64,000 bases of DNA from assembly GCA_963721455.1 (NCBI GenBank), contig CAVRJG010000015.1:96001-160000 (forward strand). Reading direction: 5' to 3'. The position numbers and the translations under genes were made by a program. Below, in pieces: positions 19,132 through 30,563 of this stretch. The DNA is from an uncultured Methanosarcinaceae archaeon. Its GTDB lineage: Archaea; Halobacteriota; Methanosarcinia; Methanosarcinales; Methanosarcinaceae. The notes under the pieces were generated by a model that did not search any database, had not been told where the DNA came from, and saw nothing but the letters and a program-made list of their open reading frames with translations. Each line of letters begins with the position of its first letter. Within the stretch, counting starts at the first letter, position 1.

Positions 19132-20586
19132 TTAATGAAGGTTTCCGTCTTCATTGAGAATCTTCAAAAGCTCAATGATTGAGTATGAAGCCCTGGTAAT
19201 ACCCATACTGCGCCGGTCAGTATCCGTGCCTGCCACATAGAGATTTTTAACCGGAGTCCGGATATCTGAAAATTTTCCGTCAATCGTGACTGCGGCTTTC
19301 TCGGGAATGAGAATCTGCTCATGCTGCATCTCGATATACTTTTCGATATTCGGATGAGCGCGGAAAATCGTGTCATAGGCCTTCTTGAGTTCCTGTTCCT
19401 CACTTTTATTCTCGTCAATCACAAAGGAAAAGCCTACAAGCTGTTTGTCCTTTGGGACAAGGGAAGGGTCATAATTACTTATAGGCATTGCCCAGTAGGC
19501 AAAATCCTTAAACCAGATCTCCGAGCCCGTGTAATTGAATTCCGGAAGCTCATTTTCCAGACCGAGCCAGATAGTCAGGCTTTTGCTATGAACGATGCCT
19601 TTTAAATTTCCAGTATACTCCGAAGGGAGATCCTTTATAAGCGTGGGAAGCTCCGTTGCAAAGCCTGTGTAGATAACCAGCTCAGAGGTATAAATTTCGT
19701 CGGCTTCCACGCCTGAAACCTTTCCTTCCTGTACAAGGATGGATTTAACCTCACATTCCTTTTTGATCTCAACTGTTTCAGGAAGGGAGTAAAGGATGGC
19801 GTTAAGCAGGGCTTTTAACCCTTTTCTGGGGTAGCCCTGGGAGTAATTTACATTATTTGTTGCAAGCCTTTCCAGGGATGTAAACGGCTGGGTGACCCTG
19901 GTCATCCTGGCCTGAAGGGAAGCATGGAGATGGTACGGAAGGATTGAGGCAAGGATGGACTCCGCAGACGGGATTTTTTTCGGCTCCAGTTTCCCGATCA
20001 TGGCATCAAACTGTTCCTGGGTAATGCTGTCCCTGACAAAACTGCTTCCCGAAAGGACACGCTGGGCAGAAGTTTCTTTCATGGACCTGCCCGAAAGGAA
20101 AGTGCATATTGTATCCACAAAGTCACAAGTGTCCTTTGAAAGGTTTTTGGGCATGAAGTCGTACACTGACTGATTCGAGAGATCTATTCCGAATGAAGAG
20201 AGGGTAAAAGCCTTCGTCAGGGTCTGGGAAAGCATAACCCTGTCTTTTCTCGGAAGGACATCAAAAGTCACAAAATCTTTCAGGTTTGAAGGAACCTTGA
20301 TAAGGGCATTTTCGGTCCTGACGTAGTAATGCCCATAGTCCTCAAATACAGGCAGGAAATCAAAGTAGTTAGCCATCAGCCTTTTCAGGGGCCCCTCAAA
20401 CAGATGGGTTATAGCGTGTGCTCCAGTGTCCACCTGGTAGCCGTCTACCATGTAGCTGTTACAGTTCCCACCAAGATGCCGCCTTTTCTCAAGAACAAGG
20501 ACCTTTTTCCCATGCTTTGAAAGCGTCAGCGCCGCCAGAAGCCCGCTTATTCCCGCCCCGACAACAATTACATCGTATTTTTTCAT
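19132..20586 (-). CDS. FAD-dependent oxidoreductase, phytoene dehydrogenase-like
   Basis: DVIVVGAGISGL, LEK..LGG, VDTGAH, YPRKG, NLYVAG. Confidence 0.85.
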   Translation of the reverse strand: MKKYDVIVVGAGISGLLAALTLSKHGKKVLVLEKRRHLGGNCNSYMVDGYQVDTGAHAITHLFEGPLKRLMANYFDFLPVFEDYGHYYVRTENALIKVPSNLKDFVTFDVLPRKDRVMLSQTLTKAFTLSSFGIDLSNQSVYDFMPKNLSKDTCDFVDTICTFLSGRSMKETSAQRVLSGSSFVRDSITQEQFDAMIGKLEPKKIPSAESILASILPYHLHASLQARMTRVTQPFTSLERLATNNVNYSQGYPRKGLKALLNAILYSLPETVEIKKECEVKSILVQEGKVSGVEADEIYTSELVIYTGFATELPTLIKDLPSEYTGNLKGIVHSKSLTIWLGLENELPEFNYTGSEIWFKDFAYWAMPISNYDPSLVPKDKQLVGFSFVIDENKSEEQELKKAYDTIFRAHPNIEKYIEMQHEQILIPEKAAVTIDGKFSDIRTPVKNLYVAGTDTDRRSMGITRASYSIIELLKILNEDGNLH

Positions 20587-21660
20587 TCCCTAAACTACCT
20601 CTATTATTTCCAGTGAATCAAGTTATAATTTAATGCAATTATGCACTTTATTCCTCTCAACTCACAATAGAATCCCGCATTAGCTGGTTAGATGAAAGCT
20701 ATGTTGAAGCTATAAAGAATTACTCTGAGTCCGGAATATGTGTGAAATCATTTTATATAATTTATGATTTACCAACTTTACCCTTAATTTCTCATTATGT
20801 TTGTAGAATACCATAGAGAAGAAAAATAGTATTTATAATTAGTAGTCCTTTGTGAAGAAGATTGTCAAAAAAGTGGTATATTTCTTCTTTAAGTGATATT
20901 ACTTGTTACAAGTTAGGAATTTTAGGAAAAGATCGGGATATTTATATTTCGGATTTAAAACCGGGAAACGATGGAAACTACGCCGAAATGATTCCGTTTT
21001 TTGCAGATTTGATTATGCCCCAGCGTTCAATACTTTTGAAATATCTATCAGTTATTATGGTCAAACCAAACCTTCCTTGTCTTCATACCGGGTAGGGAGA
21101 GAAAATACTCTCGAGCCTATAAGAATAAAAGTACTTTTAATGCGTTTAATTACAATTCCTCGAAGCTTATTCTTCAATGCGTACTCTCTTGAACTTAAGG
21201 TAAACCAGTAACATTCCAATGAAAGTGCCAAAGACCACATACTTTATGAGTTTTTTTATACTTATCAAATTTATCATCCCCCCATTTTATACATAGTTAA
21301 TATTGCAATCCACATATACAAACTTTCCCACAAAAATTTCAAAAGATCAATCAGGTGATTTTATTCGGAAGGTTACAACACTCCTTGGATTATATGAATT
21401 GAGTATTTTGTCTTTCAAATTCTGGAAAATCCTTTTCCAATACTGAAAAATTATTTAAAAAAGTAAGAAGGATTACTGGATAAGAATCATTAAAAAATTT
21501 GAGTTTGTATTTGAACCGAACTGCGGCAAAAGGGGAAGCCCTGTCCTTCTAATGAATGGGAAATACAAAACGGCCTGAGTATAACTTAGAAATAAGAAAA
21601 ATGACTTACAGGCTTCTTGTGAGCTCTTACATTTGCACTTACACTTACCCTCTCATCCAA

Positions 21661-23970
21661 TTATGCAACTATTGGCGCGTAAAGGTATTCCTGAAATCCA
21701 ACAAACAGTTCTCTTGTTTTAGCAATGCCGCCCAATACTTCCGTAGCATCGCTTATTGTATGATATTTGAGTTCAAGAAGGCCAGGCAATTTATCCTGAC
21801 TGAGTTCTCCAACACCTGTTTCTATATATTTGGATAGGACAAAATCCAGAAACTCTTTTTGCTTATCATTCAACCCTTCAAAAATTCTTGATTGTGCCTT
21901 ATTTACCCTCATTTCCCTTGTGATAGGGAGCAGGGCAAAAGAAACATATTCCAATACATCAAACAGGTCGCTTTTTTCAGCATCTATAAGTTTTTGTAAT
22001 GTTATAAGTTCATTCATACCGTAACCTGCTTCGGCAAGTTTTTCAAGGAATACGCTGCGTGTCACCGGATTTGACCAGATTGTACGAAGCTCATTTTCAT
22101 CCTTAAAAAATTCTGGCAAAATGCCGAACAGGTTTTGTAAAAACTCTTGTGCTGAAATCGGTTTACCGTCTGCACTCCAAAAAGAGGTAGAAATCATGTG
22201 TTGAATCTCACGCTCTTTGCCATCACGCAGCCTTATCTTGAGTTTTTTCTTTGTCTCTTTCTCGTCCTCTTCCGACGAACCATAGGTTCCTTTCGGTTCT
22301 GTTACTTTTTTCGGCGTCTCAGGTTTAGTCTCAGGTTCCATCGGTTCACCATCCCATTCCGGATCGGCAAAATGATGGTAGGCATTTACAAAATCGTAAA
22401 TGGTGAAATATTCTTTTCCATCAAACAGCCGTGTGCCACGCCCAACTATCTGCTTAAACTCAATCATGGAGTTTATCGGACGCATGAGAATTATATTTCG
22501 GATGTTTCTGGCATCAACGCCAGTGGAAAGCTTTTGCGAGGTAGTGAGAATCGTTGGGATCGTATTTTCATTGTCCTGAAATTCACGCAAATACTGTTCA
22601 CCAAGCGCACCATCGTTGGCAGTAACACGAACACAGTAGTTCGGTTCTCTGCTTTTTTTATATTGATTAACCAGATCCCGAACTACCACTGCATGATCTT
22701 GGGTGGCACAGAAAACAATTGACTTTTCTTTCTGATCGATTTCAGAAAGAAAGATCTGTACCCGCTTTGCTTCACGTTCTTTGATTTCGATGATTCGATT
22801 GAAATCGGCTTCGGTATAGATTTTCCCTTCTTCGACTTCTCCTTCAATGATCTGGTCATCCGAAGTGTAAATATAGTCATCAAGTGTGGTTTTTATCCGC
22901 TTTACTTTGAACGGCGTAAGGAAACCATCGTTAATACCTTCTTTCAGTGAGTAGATGTATACCGGATCACCGAAATACCTGTAGGTGTCCACATTGTCAT
23001 TGCGTTTGGGCGTTGCGGTTAAACCAAGCTGAACTGCCGGAGAAAAGTATTCCATGATGCTGCGCCAGTTGCCTTCATCATTTGCGCCTCCTCGATGGCA
23101 CTCATCAATGATAATAAAATCAAAATAATCCGCAGGATATTCACCAAAATACGGCGTGTTTTCCGGCCCACTCATGAAGGTCTGGAAGATGGTAAAGAAT
23201 ATGCTGCCGTTGATTGGCACACTCCCTTTCTTGCTGATTTCTTTAGGACTGATACGTACCAGCGCATCTTCCGGAAAGGCTGAAAAGGCATTAAAAGCCT
23301 GGTCAGCCAGAATGTTTCTATCTGCTAGGAACAAAATCCTGGGCATGCGCCCACCATCACGCTTCAGGTTCCATCGGGTTTGAAAAAGTTTCCAGGCAAT
23401 CTGAAAAGCAATGAAGGTTTTTCCTGTACCGGTGGCCAGGGTGAGCAGGATACGTTGTTTTTCTTCGGCAATGGCATCCATGGCATTGTTGACCGCAATT
23501 TCCTGATAGTAGCGCACAGCCTTGGTGCCGCCCACATTTTCAAACGGTACCTGATAAAATGTTTCACGCCATTGGTTTTGAGTGGCGAATGTCTTGTTCC
23601 AGAGTTCATCCGGCGTAGGAAAACTGGCAATTAAACCTTCTGCGCCGGTTTTCATGCAGATCTGATAAATTTCTTTACCATTGGCAGCAAAGGTAGTTTC
23701 GATGTGCATTTTTTCGGCATAATTTTTTGCCTGCGCCACTCCTTCGCCAACTTCAAGTTCATCGCTTTTGGCTTCGATAACTGCAAGTTTGCGGTCTTTA
23801 TAAACCAGAACATAATCAGCTTTGAGCGGTTTAGCACGTCCCCCACCGGTCTGAATTCTACCTAAAGTTATATAGTATTCCCGAAGGATTTTTGAACCTT
23901 CTACAACACCCCAGCCGCTTTCAGTCAGCTTCGGGTCGATGAGTTCTGCCCTGGTTTCCGCTTCGTTCAT
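21661..23970 (-). CDS. hsdR: Type I restriction enzyme R subunit (EcoAI-like)
   Basis: ADYVL..IEAK nuclease motif, ATGTGKT, DECHRG, LTATP, QIVGRGTR. Confidence 0.94.
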   Translation of the reverse strand: MNEAETRAELIDPKLTESGWGVVEGSKILREYYITLGRIQTGGGRAKPLKADYVLVYKDRKLAVIEAKSDELEVGEGVAQAKNYAEKMHIETTFAANGKEIYQICMKTGAEGLIASFPTPDELWNKTFATQNQWRETFYQVPFENVGGTKAVRYYQEIAVNNAMDAIAEEKQRILLTLATGTGKTFIAFQIAWKLFQTRWNLKRDGGRMPRILFLADRNILADQAFNAFSAFPEDALVRISPKEISKKGSVPINGSIFFTIFQTFMSGPENTPYFGEYPADYFDFIIIDECHRGGANDEGNWRSIMEYFSPAVQLGLTATPKRNDNVDTYRYFGDPVYIYSLKEGINDGFLTPFKVKRIKTTLDDYIYTSDDQIIEGEVEEGKIYTEADFNRIIEIKEREAKRVQIFLSEIDQKEKSIVFCATQDHAVVVRDLVNQYKKSREPNYCVRVTANDGALGEQYLREFQDNENTIPTILTTSQKLSTGVDARNIRNIILMRPINSMIEFKQIVGRGTRLFDGKEYFTIYDFVNAYHHFADPEWDGEPMEPETKPETPKKVTEPKGTYGSSEEDEKETKKKLKIRLRDGKEREIQHMISTSFWSADGKPISAQEFLQNLFGILPEFFKDENELRTIWSNPVTRSVFLEKLAEAGYGMNELITLQKLIDAEKSDLFDVLEYVSFALLPITREMRVNKAQSRIFEGLNDKQKEFLDFVLSKYIETGVGELSQDKLPGLLELKYHTISDATEVLGGIAKTRELFVGFQEYLYAPIVA

Positions 23971-23972
23971 GG

Positions 23973-25200
23973 TTATGCACCTGCAAGTTCGCCGTTAAAG
24001 GCTTTCTGTAACACGGATTTTTTCAGTTCATCCAGAGCAGCCAGTTTTTGCTGGTAGATTGCTTCGAGCCTTTTGGTTTCAGCGGAAAGAGCGTCGAGTT
24101 TTGAGACGATGGAGCGTTGTTCGGAGAGAGGGGGTAAGAGAAAGTTGTAACGTCTTTGAGTCGGGAACTCGCATATGCTGAACTAGTTGAACCAGAGGCC
24201 AAGGCTTTTATCTGACCCTGCAAATCGCTCAGATTGAAATGCATAAAGCAAGAACCTGTTGATCTAATTTTGCTTGCATTAGCTCGAATAGGAAACTATG
24301 CGCTGACCTAGGAATACTATTGTCGTCAGTGAGAAGCATGCCGACCTCTCCCAATGGAGCCTCTCGCGTCAATAGAATGTCACCTACCATAGGAACCTGC
24401 CGACGGGTCCATATTTTATAAACATTCTCGCGTGACGTAGTTCACTGAATTGCAGGTTCACTTTGCCATTTCCAACGTTCGTTGTTCGAATCATTTTAAC
24501 GTGGGTAGAGCTTACTCACTATTGAAGTCCGTTTTGCTTAACGCAAATCCATGATCGATTCGCATACATCTTCGATCCGCAACTCTTTCCCACCCATCCC
24601 CCGGATTGGAAAAGACACTTTGCAGATACGACTCAAAAAGCTCGCGGGAATTTTGCAGATTCTTTTCGGCGTTTTCTTTTGCCTTGTCGATAGCGGCAAA
24701 AGTTTCATCCAGAATGGAAACGATGCGCTGTTGTTCGGAGAGAGGATTTGGGATAGATAATAATCATATTCTCTGATTAACTGTGAGTACACTGCAGGAT
24801 AACTTGTCACAGTCTTGAACATTCCAATGCATACTTCTGCGATTAAAATTGATCTATTAGCAAATAATATAAATAATCGTGCATGAGTTATATTCATCAA
24901 TTTTCTCTGATACAAAACAGTAATTCGACTGCAAGTTAATTATCGTCTTCATCTGTAAAAGACAAATTCCCATTACAGTTGCCCTATCTGTCAGCAAATC
25001 ATAATATCATTGCTTTTAACATTTTCAGATGCTCATTGCATGTTTCTTAATAATGCTGATATTTTCACTGAAATTTACATTGTTAACATTGATGACATCA
25101 ATATCATAAACTCTATTTAGGTATTGATGGGATTAATCCTTTCTGGAGTCTTGAACTCACAAACTTCTCCCAGTTTCTTTACTTCCCAATTCTTCTTCAT
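23973..25200 (-). pseudogene. hsdS: Type I R-M specificity subunit, multiply frameshifted in both TRDs
   Basis: MKKNWEVKKLGEVC start overlaps the hsdM stop; central LSEQQRIVSILDETFAAIDKAKENAEKNLQNSRELFESYL and C-terminal LDELKKSVLQKAFNGEL read cleanly; TRDs are broken. Confidence 0.9.
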
Positions 25201-26651
25201 ACCAACCCTCGGATCGCATTCAAGATTTCCGCACTTTCCTCATCCAGCGCCTGAATCTCGTCCAGTATCTCCTGCGGATCGCGCAGCACTGTTTCATCCT
25301 TTTTATGCGGATTCTTCACCGACAGGTCATAGGTGGTTTTATCCACGTCAGCAATATTTACCGACCAGGAATTTTCGGAATCAGCTTTTGTTTTCTGCAA
25401 CTCCACAAACTCCGCCAGATCGTTTTCATTCAGAGGATTGGTCTTGCCGAGGTTTCTGTCCAGATTGAGCTGATAAAACCAGACATTTCTTGTAGGCGCA
25501 CCTTTTTCAAAAAAAAGCACGACTGTTTTAACCCCTGCACCTGTGAAAGTGCCGCCTGGCAAATCCAGAACCGTGTGCAGATTGCAGTTTTCCAGAAGCA
25601 GTTTACGCAGGCTTACGGATGCATTGTCGGTATTTGAAAGAAAGGTGTTCTTGATTACTATGCCAGCTCTGCCGCCTGCTTTTAAAATTTTTATGAAATG
25701 CTGAAGGAACAGAAAAGCGGTTTCGCCGGTTTTGATAGGGAAATTTTGCTGCACCTCGGCGCGTTCCTTGCCGCCAAAAGGAGGATTGGCAACCACGATA
25801 TCGTAACGGTCTTTTTCCTGAATATCGGCAAGGTTTTCGGCAAGGGTATTTGTATGCACAATATTGGGCGCTTCGATGCCGTGCAGAATCATATTCATGA
25901 TGCCGATGATGTAGGCAAGCGACTTCTTTTCTTTACCGTAGAATGTATTTTTCTGGAGAATCTCCACATCTCTGGTGGTCAGGTTCTTGCTCTTTCTCAT
26001 GTATTCAAAGGATTCCACCAGAAAACCGGCTGAACCCACAGCCCCATCATAGACCTTGTTTCCGATTGATGGAGCAACCACCTTCACGATTGTTTTGATA
26101 AGAGGACGGGGAGTGTAGTATTCGCCGCCGTTTCGGCCTGCATTGCCCATGTTCTTGATTTTGTCTTCGTACAGGTGCGACATCTCATGCTTTTCGGCCT
26201 GGGAACGGAAGTGGAGCTCATCAATCATGTTGAGCACTTCGCGCAGGTTGTATCCGCTCTGAATCTTATTTCTCAATTCGCTGAAGATCTCCCCGATTTT
26301 GTATCCGATAGTATCCGCACTTTCGGCATCGACTTTGAACTTTTTCAGGTAGGGAAACAGCTTGAGGTTGACAAAATCTTCAAGGTCACTGCCTGTAAGC
26401 TCTTTTTGATGGTCTATTTTACCCTCGGTGTCTTTGGGAACTGCCCAGGCATCCCATTTATACTCCGGACTGATAATTTCTATATAAACCTCGCCTTTCA
26501 GCTCTGCCTTATCTTTGTTATCTCTTTCAAGATCGTCCAGATATTTCAAAAAGAGAATCCACGAAGTCTGCTCCACATAATCAAGTTCGCTACTGCAACC
26601 GGCATCTTTACGAAGAGCGTCATCGACGTTTTTAAAAGTTTGTTCAAACAT
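25197..26651 (-). CDS. hsdM: Type I R-M N6-adenine methyltransferase M subunit
   Basis: GEYYTPR, YDGAVGSAGFL, NPPFGG. Confidence 0.95.
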   Translation of the reverse strand: MFEQTFKNVDDALRKDAGCSSELDYVEQTSWILFLKYLDDLERDNKDKAELKGEVYIEIISPEYKWDAWAVPKDTEGKIDHQKELTGSDLEDFVNLKLFPYLKKFKVDAESADTIGYKIGEIFSELRNKIQSGYNLREVLNMIDELHFRSQAEKHEMSHLYEDKIKNMGNAGRNGGEYYTPRPLIKTIVKVVAPSIGNKVYDGAVGSAGFLVESFEYMRKSKNLTTRDVEILQKNTFYGKEKKSLAYIIGIMNMILHGIEAPNIVHTNTLAENLADIQEKDRYDIVVANPPFGGKERAEVQQNFPIKTGETAFLFLQHFIKILKAGGRAGIVIKNTFLSNTDNASVSLRKLLLENCNLHTVLDLPGGTFTGAGVKTVVLFFEKGAPTRNVWFYQLNLDRNLGKTNPLNENDLAEFVELQKTKADSENSWSVNIADVDKTTYDLSVKNPHKKDETVLRDPQEILDEIQALDEESAEILNAIRGLV

Positions 26652-27043
26652 GTTATTATCGTTCCGTTGATAGATTTTTCTGCTTAGCCAACACCCTCGG
26701 CTTTGCTCAGGAAGAACATCTGCAATGTGTTTTCGGGGTCAGGGTTAATAAACAGTTCGATTTCTTTACGTTTTCCAATTATTTTGGTATTCTGCTAACA
26801 GTAGATGAAGGAATAGTCTATGAATATAATTTTGTACGTTATAATCTTTTCATAATCTTTTCACATTTGAGGTGCTATTAGACCAAATAAACTAACTCCT
26901 AAAATTGATTAAACAATCAACCCGTTTTTATCTTTTTCAAACTAATCAAGATTATCTACAACCCAGTAAAAGTTACAAAAGAGATAATAAAGTTTTAATT
27001 GAATACAGTAGTGTTATTTTGTAAAAATTCAGAGAGGGAAACC

Positions 27044-27715
27044 ATGAAGATAGTCGGAATATCATCAAGCCCAAGAGGCAAGAACAGTAATACCTTAAAA
27101 TTGCTGGATGCAGCCCTTGAAGGAGCTGCAAAAGCAGGAGCTGAAGTTGAGTCTATCGACGTTGCAAAGCTAAAGATCAAATACTGCACCGCATGCGATT
27201 CATGCTATGAGAAAGGAGTATGCTCAATAAAAGATGACTACCAGGCTTTACTGGAAAAGCTGCTGGACGCTGACGGCATAATCTGGAGCAGCCCGAACTA
27301 CATAACAAATGTGACAGCCCAGCTCAAGACGGTCTTTGATAGAAGTCCGCTTGTCATTCATGAGCAGCTCTTTGACGGAAAATACAGTCTTTCCTTAACA
27401 ACTGCAGGCAGCGATGAGCTTGATTTTGTCCTTGGCATTATGGATAATTTTATGGTACACTGTGGAGGCAACTCTATCGGAGGAGTGGGCTGTGCAGTGG
27501 CACGGGGACCTGAAGCAATGGAAGCAGCAGTTGAGAAATCGCGTGAAATGGGTAAAGACCTTGCTGAAGCGATAAAAGAGAAAAGACAATACCCTGAACA
27601 GGAAGCTTTGCATGAAGCCTTCCGAGAACGGTTCAAGTATGTTATCCTTTCTAACAAAGACCGCTGGACACACAACTGCGATTACTGGATAGAAAAAGGC
27701 TGGATTAAAGGATAA
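27044..27715 (+). CDS. Iron-sulfur flavoprotein / NADPH-dependent FMN reductase family
   Basis: MKIVGISSSPR..SNT; CTACDSC-x5-C cysteine motif; ADGIIWSSPNY. Confidence 0.88.
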   Translation: MKIVGISSSPRGKNSNTLKLLDAALEGAAKAGAEVESIDVAKLKIKYCTACDSCYEKGVCSIKDDYQALLEKLLDADGIIWSSPNYITNVTAQLKTVFDRSPLVIHEQLFDGKYSLSLTTAGSDELDFVLGIMDNFMVHCGGNSIGGVGCAVARGPEAMEAAVEKSREMGKDLAEAIKEKRQYPEQEALHEAFRERFKYVILSNKDRWTHNCDYWIEKGWIKG

Positions 27716-27761
27716 GGATAAGGATAAATTTTCAAGTTGATATTACGGGGAAAGTGATTAT

Positions 27762-28569
27762 ATGGGGAAAACTGGGATATTAAGCGTTAAAGAGCTGGGG
27801 GAAAAGCTTACTGAAGCCGGAAGGCTGAAACTGCGTCCTCTATGTGTCTATGGCACGGATGAGCTTCCGGAAGGAGCAGTTCCATCTTACACGGTAGACC
27901 GCTGTGTAGCAAAAGCAGTCTATACTGCCGCCTTCTTTGAAGAGACTCCTTCACTGTATATTGAGTCAGCTCACGAACAGTGCTGCGCCGGCGGAATGGT
28001 ATGGATGGGGCTCGCTGAACCGCACCCGAAGCTGAAGTACTTCGTGACTGTGGGCACACCGGACTTTCGAGGCGGCGCTGCTGAGCATTTAAAGGCAACG
28101 CCTGAGCTGTTCGATGAACAGAAGAGACCGCGCAGGGAAAATTACTCCTCCTGGAAAATACACCGTCATTGCACCGTGTACTGATGACATTGCACCTGAA
28201 ACTGTCAGGTCCTTTATCCTGTTCGCAGGCAGCGAGCAGATCAGGAACCTCTGCGGGCTGGCGCAGTTCAACAACTCCGACCCCTTCTTCAGAACGGTAA
28301 TACCCGGGGGGCCCACCTGTGCTGTAATGATTGCTTTTCCGGCAGGCATGGCAGAAAATGCGCCAAAAGACTCAGCTTTTGTCGGTCCGACCGATCCGAC
28401 TGGAAACCCCTGGCTGCCTCCGGAATTGATGGTCATGGGCATACCCTCAGCACTGGCGCAGCAGATGGCAGCCGACCTGGAGGAGTCTTTTATCTGCAAA
28501 CGGAGCAGGATAGCATATCCTGAGAACCGTATAGTTATAAAATCACAGACAAAAGATATGCAGAAATGA
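27762..28569 (+). pseudogene. DUF169-like protein split by a +1 frameshift near 28125
   Basis: Two overlapping ORFs join at EQ/RDRAGK; Cys motifs (CCAGG, PTCA) and FVGPTDPTG. Confidence 0.65.
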
Positions 28570-28589
28570 AAGGATAACTAAGAGCAGTC

Positions 28590-29093
28590 TCAGGATTCAG
28601 CCTGTTTTGAGAAGAATTCTATCAGCTTTGACCGGAATTCGTCAAGTACAGGCAGAGACATCTTCATTTGTGACAGACGAGAAACGGCGGATTCAGCATA
28701 TCTCCGGGCAGATTCTCGGTCTGCTTTTCTAGCAGTCCACATAGCACAGAACTGGTACGCTGTGAGCGCATCAATTTCAGCTGTAAAGCCGCTTGTCGTA
28801 CCAACGCGCATGAGAAAACGATTAAGTATCATATCTTGCTTGGAATCTATATTTGCAACCACAGAAGGATGCCACTCTATCGCATTTGTAATTGACCAAT
28901 GTGTATCGAAACGCATAGAAATTGGTGTATCAGGTAGTACGGAAAGCTCATACATGCCATCCTCATTTGTGTACGTATGACCCACTTCACGAAGAGAATT
29001 GTTTTCTTCTACCCAGGCCGACACCTGTATCATAAAAATCGGCTTCTGATCATACCCCTGTACCTTCCCATGAATTGATATTTCTCCAGACAT
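28590..29093 (-). CDS. Hypothetical protein with an N-terminal carboxypeptidase-regulatory-like beta-sandwich
   Basis: IHGKVQG..TYTNEDGMYEL pattern; GGGAGG RBS. Confidence 0.6.
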   Translation of the reverse strand: MSGEISIHGKVQGYDQKPIFMIQVSAWVEENNSLREVGHTYTNEDGMYELSVLPDTPISMRFDTHWSITNAIEWHPSVVANIDSKQDMILNRFLMRVGTTSGFTAEIDALTAYQFCAMWTARKADRESARRYAESAVSRLSQMKMSLPVLDEFRSKLIEFFSKQAES

Positions 29094-29720
29094 AAAAACC
29101 TCCCACTAAGTTGTGTTTAGACGACGCAGACTACGAGATCCTCGATTATACTATTCATGTCTTGCGTCGGTAACTCATTTCTCCTTTTTATTGTAATTGA
29201 GGCGAACCTCACATTATATTATATGTCAAGGAATATAATATCTGATGGGATAAGATGACTATTATTCTCCAAAGATGCAATGTAAAAGAAAGGTCCAGAG
29301 GAATAATAAATCTAAAAAGAATGGGTGATCTATCAATAATAAACTGATATTTTTCTAAACAATTCGCATACTCGCATCTGCTTTCATTTTCCGAGTTGTG
29401 TACCTGCACATGGATAAGCTTAGAAAACAGGAACGGGTGAACAAAGTGTGTTCTAAGATGAAATGTCAACCAACTAATTGCCATCTGCAATTGCTGCTAA
29501 AGGAGCACTACATACCTGAATGCAAAATACCAGCCCGGATCTAATTTTTTCATGCCAGAAAGTTAAACAGGTTCAGAATATCCGGGCGCTCGATATTTAA
29601 ACATTAAAAACAAAAAAGCGTCCCGGTATTTTAGCCCTTAAGGCGCTCACTGTATATTATCCTGCATTCATGCCTGCCCTTATTATACAGAATTTATTTC
29701 TCCCATACAATGGTGGTTTT

Positions 29721-30563
29721 TTGTCTTCGAAAATCAGTCGCGAAACTTTTATCCGGTCTATTGCAGACCTTTTAAGAAAAGCGGAAATCGAGCTTCCTGA
29801 CGATGTAGTGAATGCCCTCAGAAAAGCCGAGGCTGCCGAGGAGAGCCAGGTTGCAAAATCCCAGCTCCAGGCAATCCTGAAAAATATCGACCTTGCAAAA
29901 AGATACGGGGTTCCCATGTGCCAGGATACGGGAATTATGATCTTTTTTGCGGAAATCGGGACCGAGTTTCAGCCCGGCTTTGACCTGGAGGCGACAATCA
30001 GGGAGGCAGTAATCCTTGCAACAGCCGAGATTCCTCTCCGCCCGAATGCTGTAGACCCCCTGACCCGCAAAAACAGCGGAAACAATACAGGAGTTGGAAT
30101 TCCGGATATCCACTGGAAACTCGTTCCGGGAAATCAGTTAAAAATAACCGCTGCCCCGAAAGGTGCAGGTTCGGAAAATATGAGTTCTCTGCGCATGCTT
30201 AACCCTACAGAAACCGGAAGTATCAAAAAATTCGTGCTCGAGACCGTAGTAAATGCCGGAGGAATGCCCTGTCCTCCCCTCACGATAGGAGTGGGAATCG
30301 GGGGTTCCTTTGATGCGGCAGCCAGGCTTGCAAAGGAAGCCCTTCTTGAGCCTCTTGATGCTCCTATGCAGGGATTGGAAAGAGAAATCCAGGAAGCTGT
30401 AAATGCTCTAGGGATCGGCTGCATGGGGCTTGGCGGCAGCACAACCGCCCTTGCAGTGCACGTGAAAACGGCTTACTGCCACACGGCTTCCCTTCCGGTT
30501 GCAGTAAATATACAGTGCTGGGCGAACAGGCATGCTTCAGTCGTGTTCAGGGGAGAGGAATAA
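29721..30563 (+). CDS. Fe-S fumarate hydratase / tartrate dehydratase family, alpha subunit
   Basis: PMCQDTG, KGAGSEN, PCPP..GVGIGG, HTASLPVAVNIQCWANR; TTG start after GGTGG. Confidence 0.92.
   Translation: MSSKISRETFIRSIADLLRKAEIELPDDVVNALRKAEAAEESQVAKSQLQAILKNIDLAKRYGVPMCQDTGIMIFFAEIGTEFQPGFDLEATIREAVILATAEIPLRPNAVDPLTRKNSGNNTGVGIPDIHWKLVPGNQLKITAAPKGAGSENMSSLRMLNPTETGSIKKFVLETVVNAGGMPCPPLTIGVGIGGSFDAAARLAKEALLEPLDAPMQGLEREIQEAVNALGIGCMGLGGSTTALAVHVKTAYCHTASLPVAVNIQCWANRHASVVFRGEE

Noticed and set aside
20862-21211. Short + strand ORFs beside hsdR
   Set aside because: AT-rich, no motif and no convincing RBS; cannot be supported.
29209-29490. 93-aa minus-strand ORF
   Set aside because: No RBS or motif; intergenic composition.
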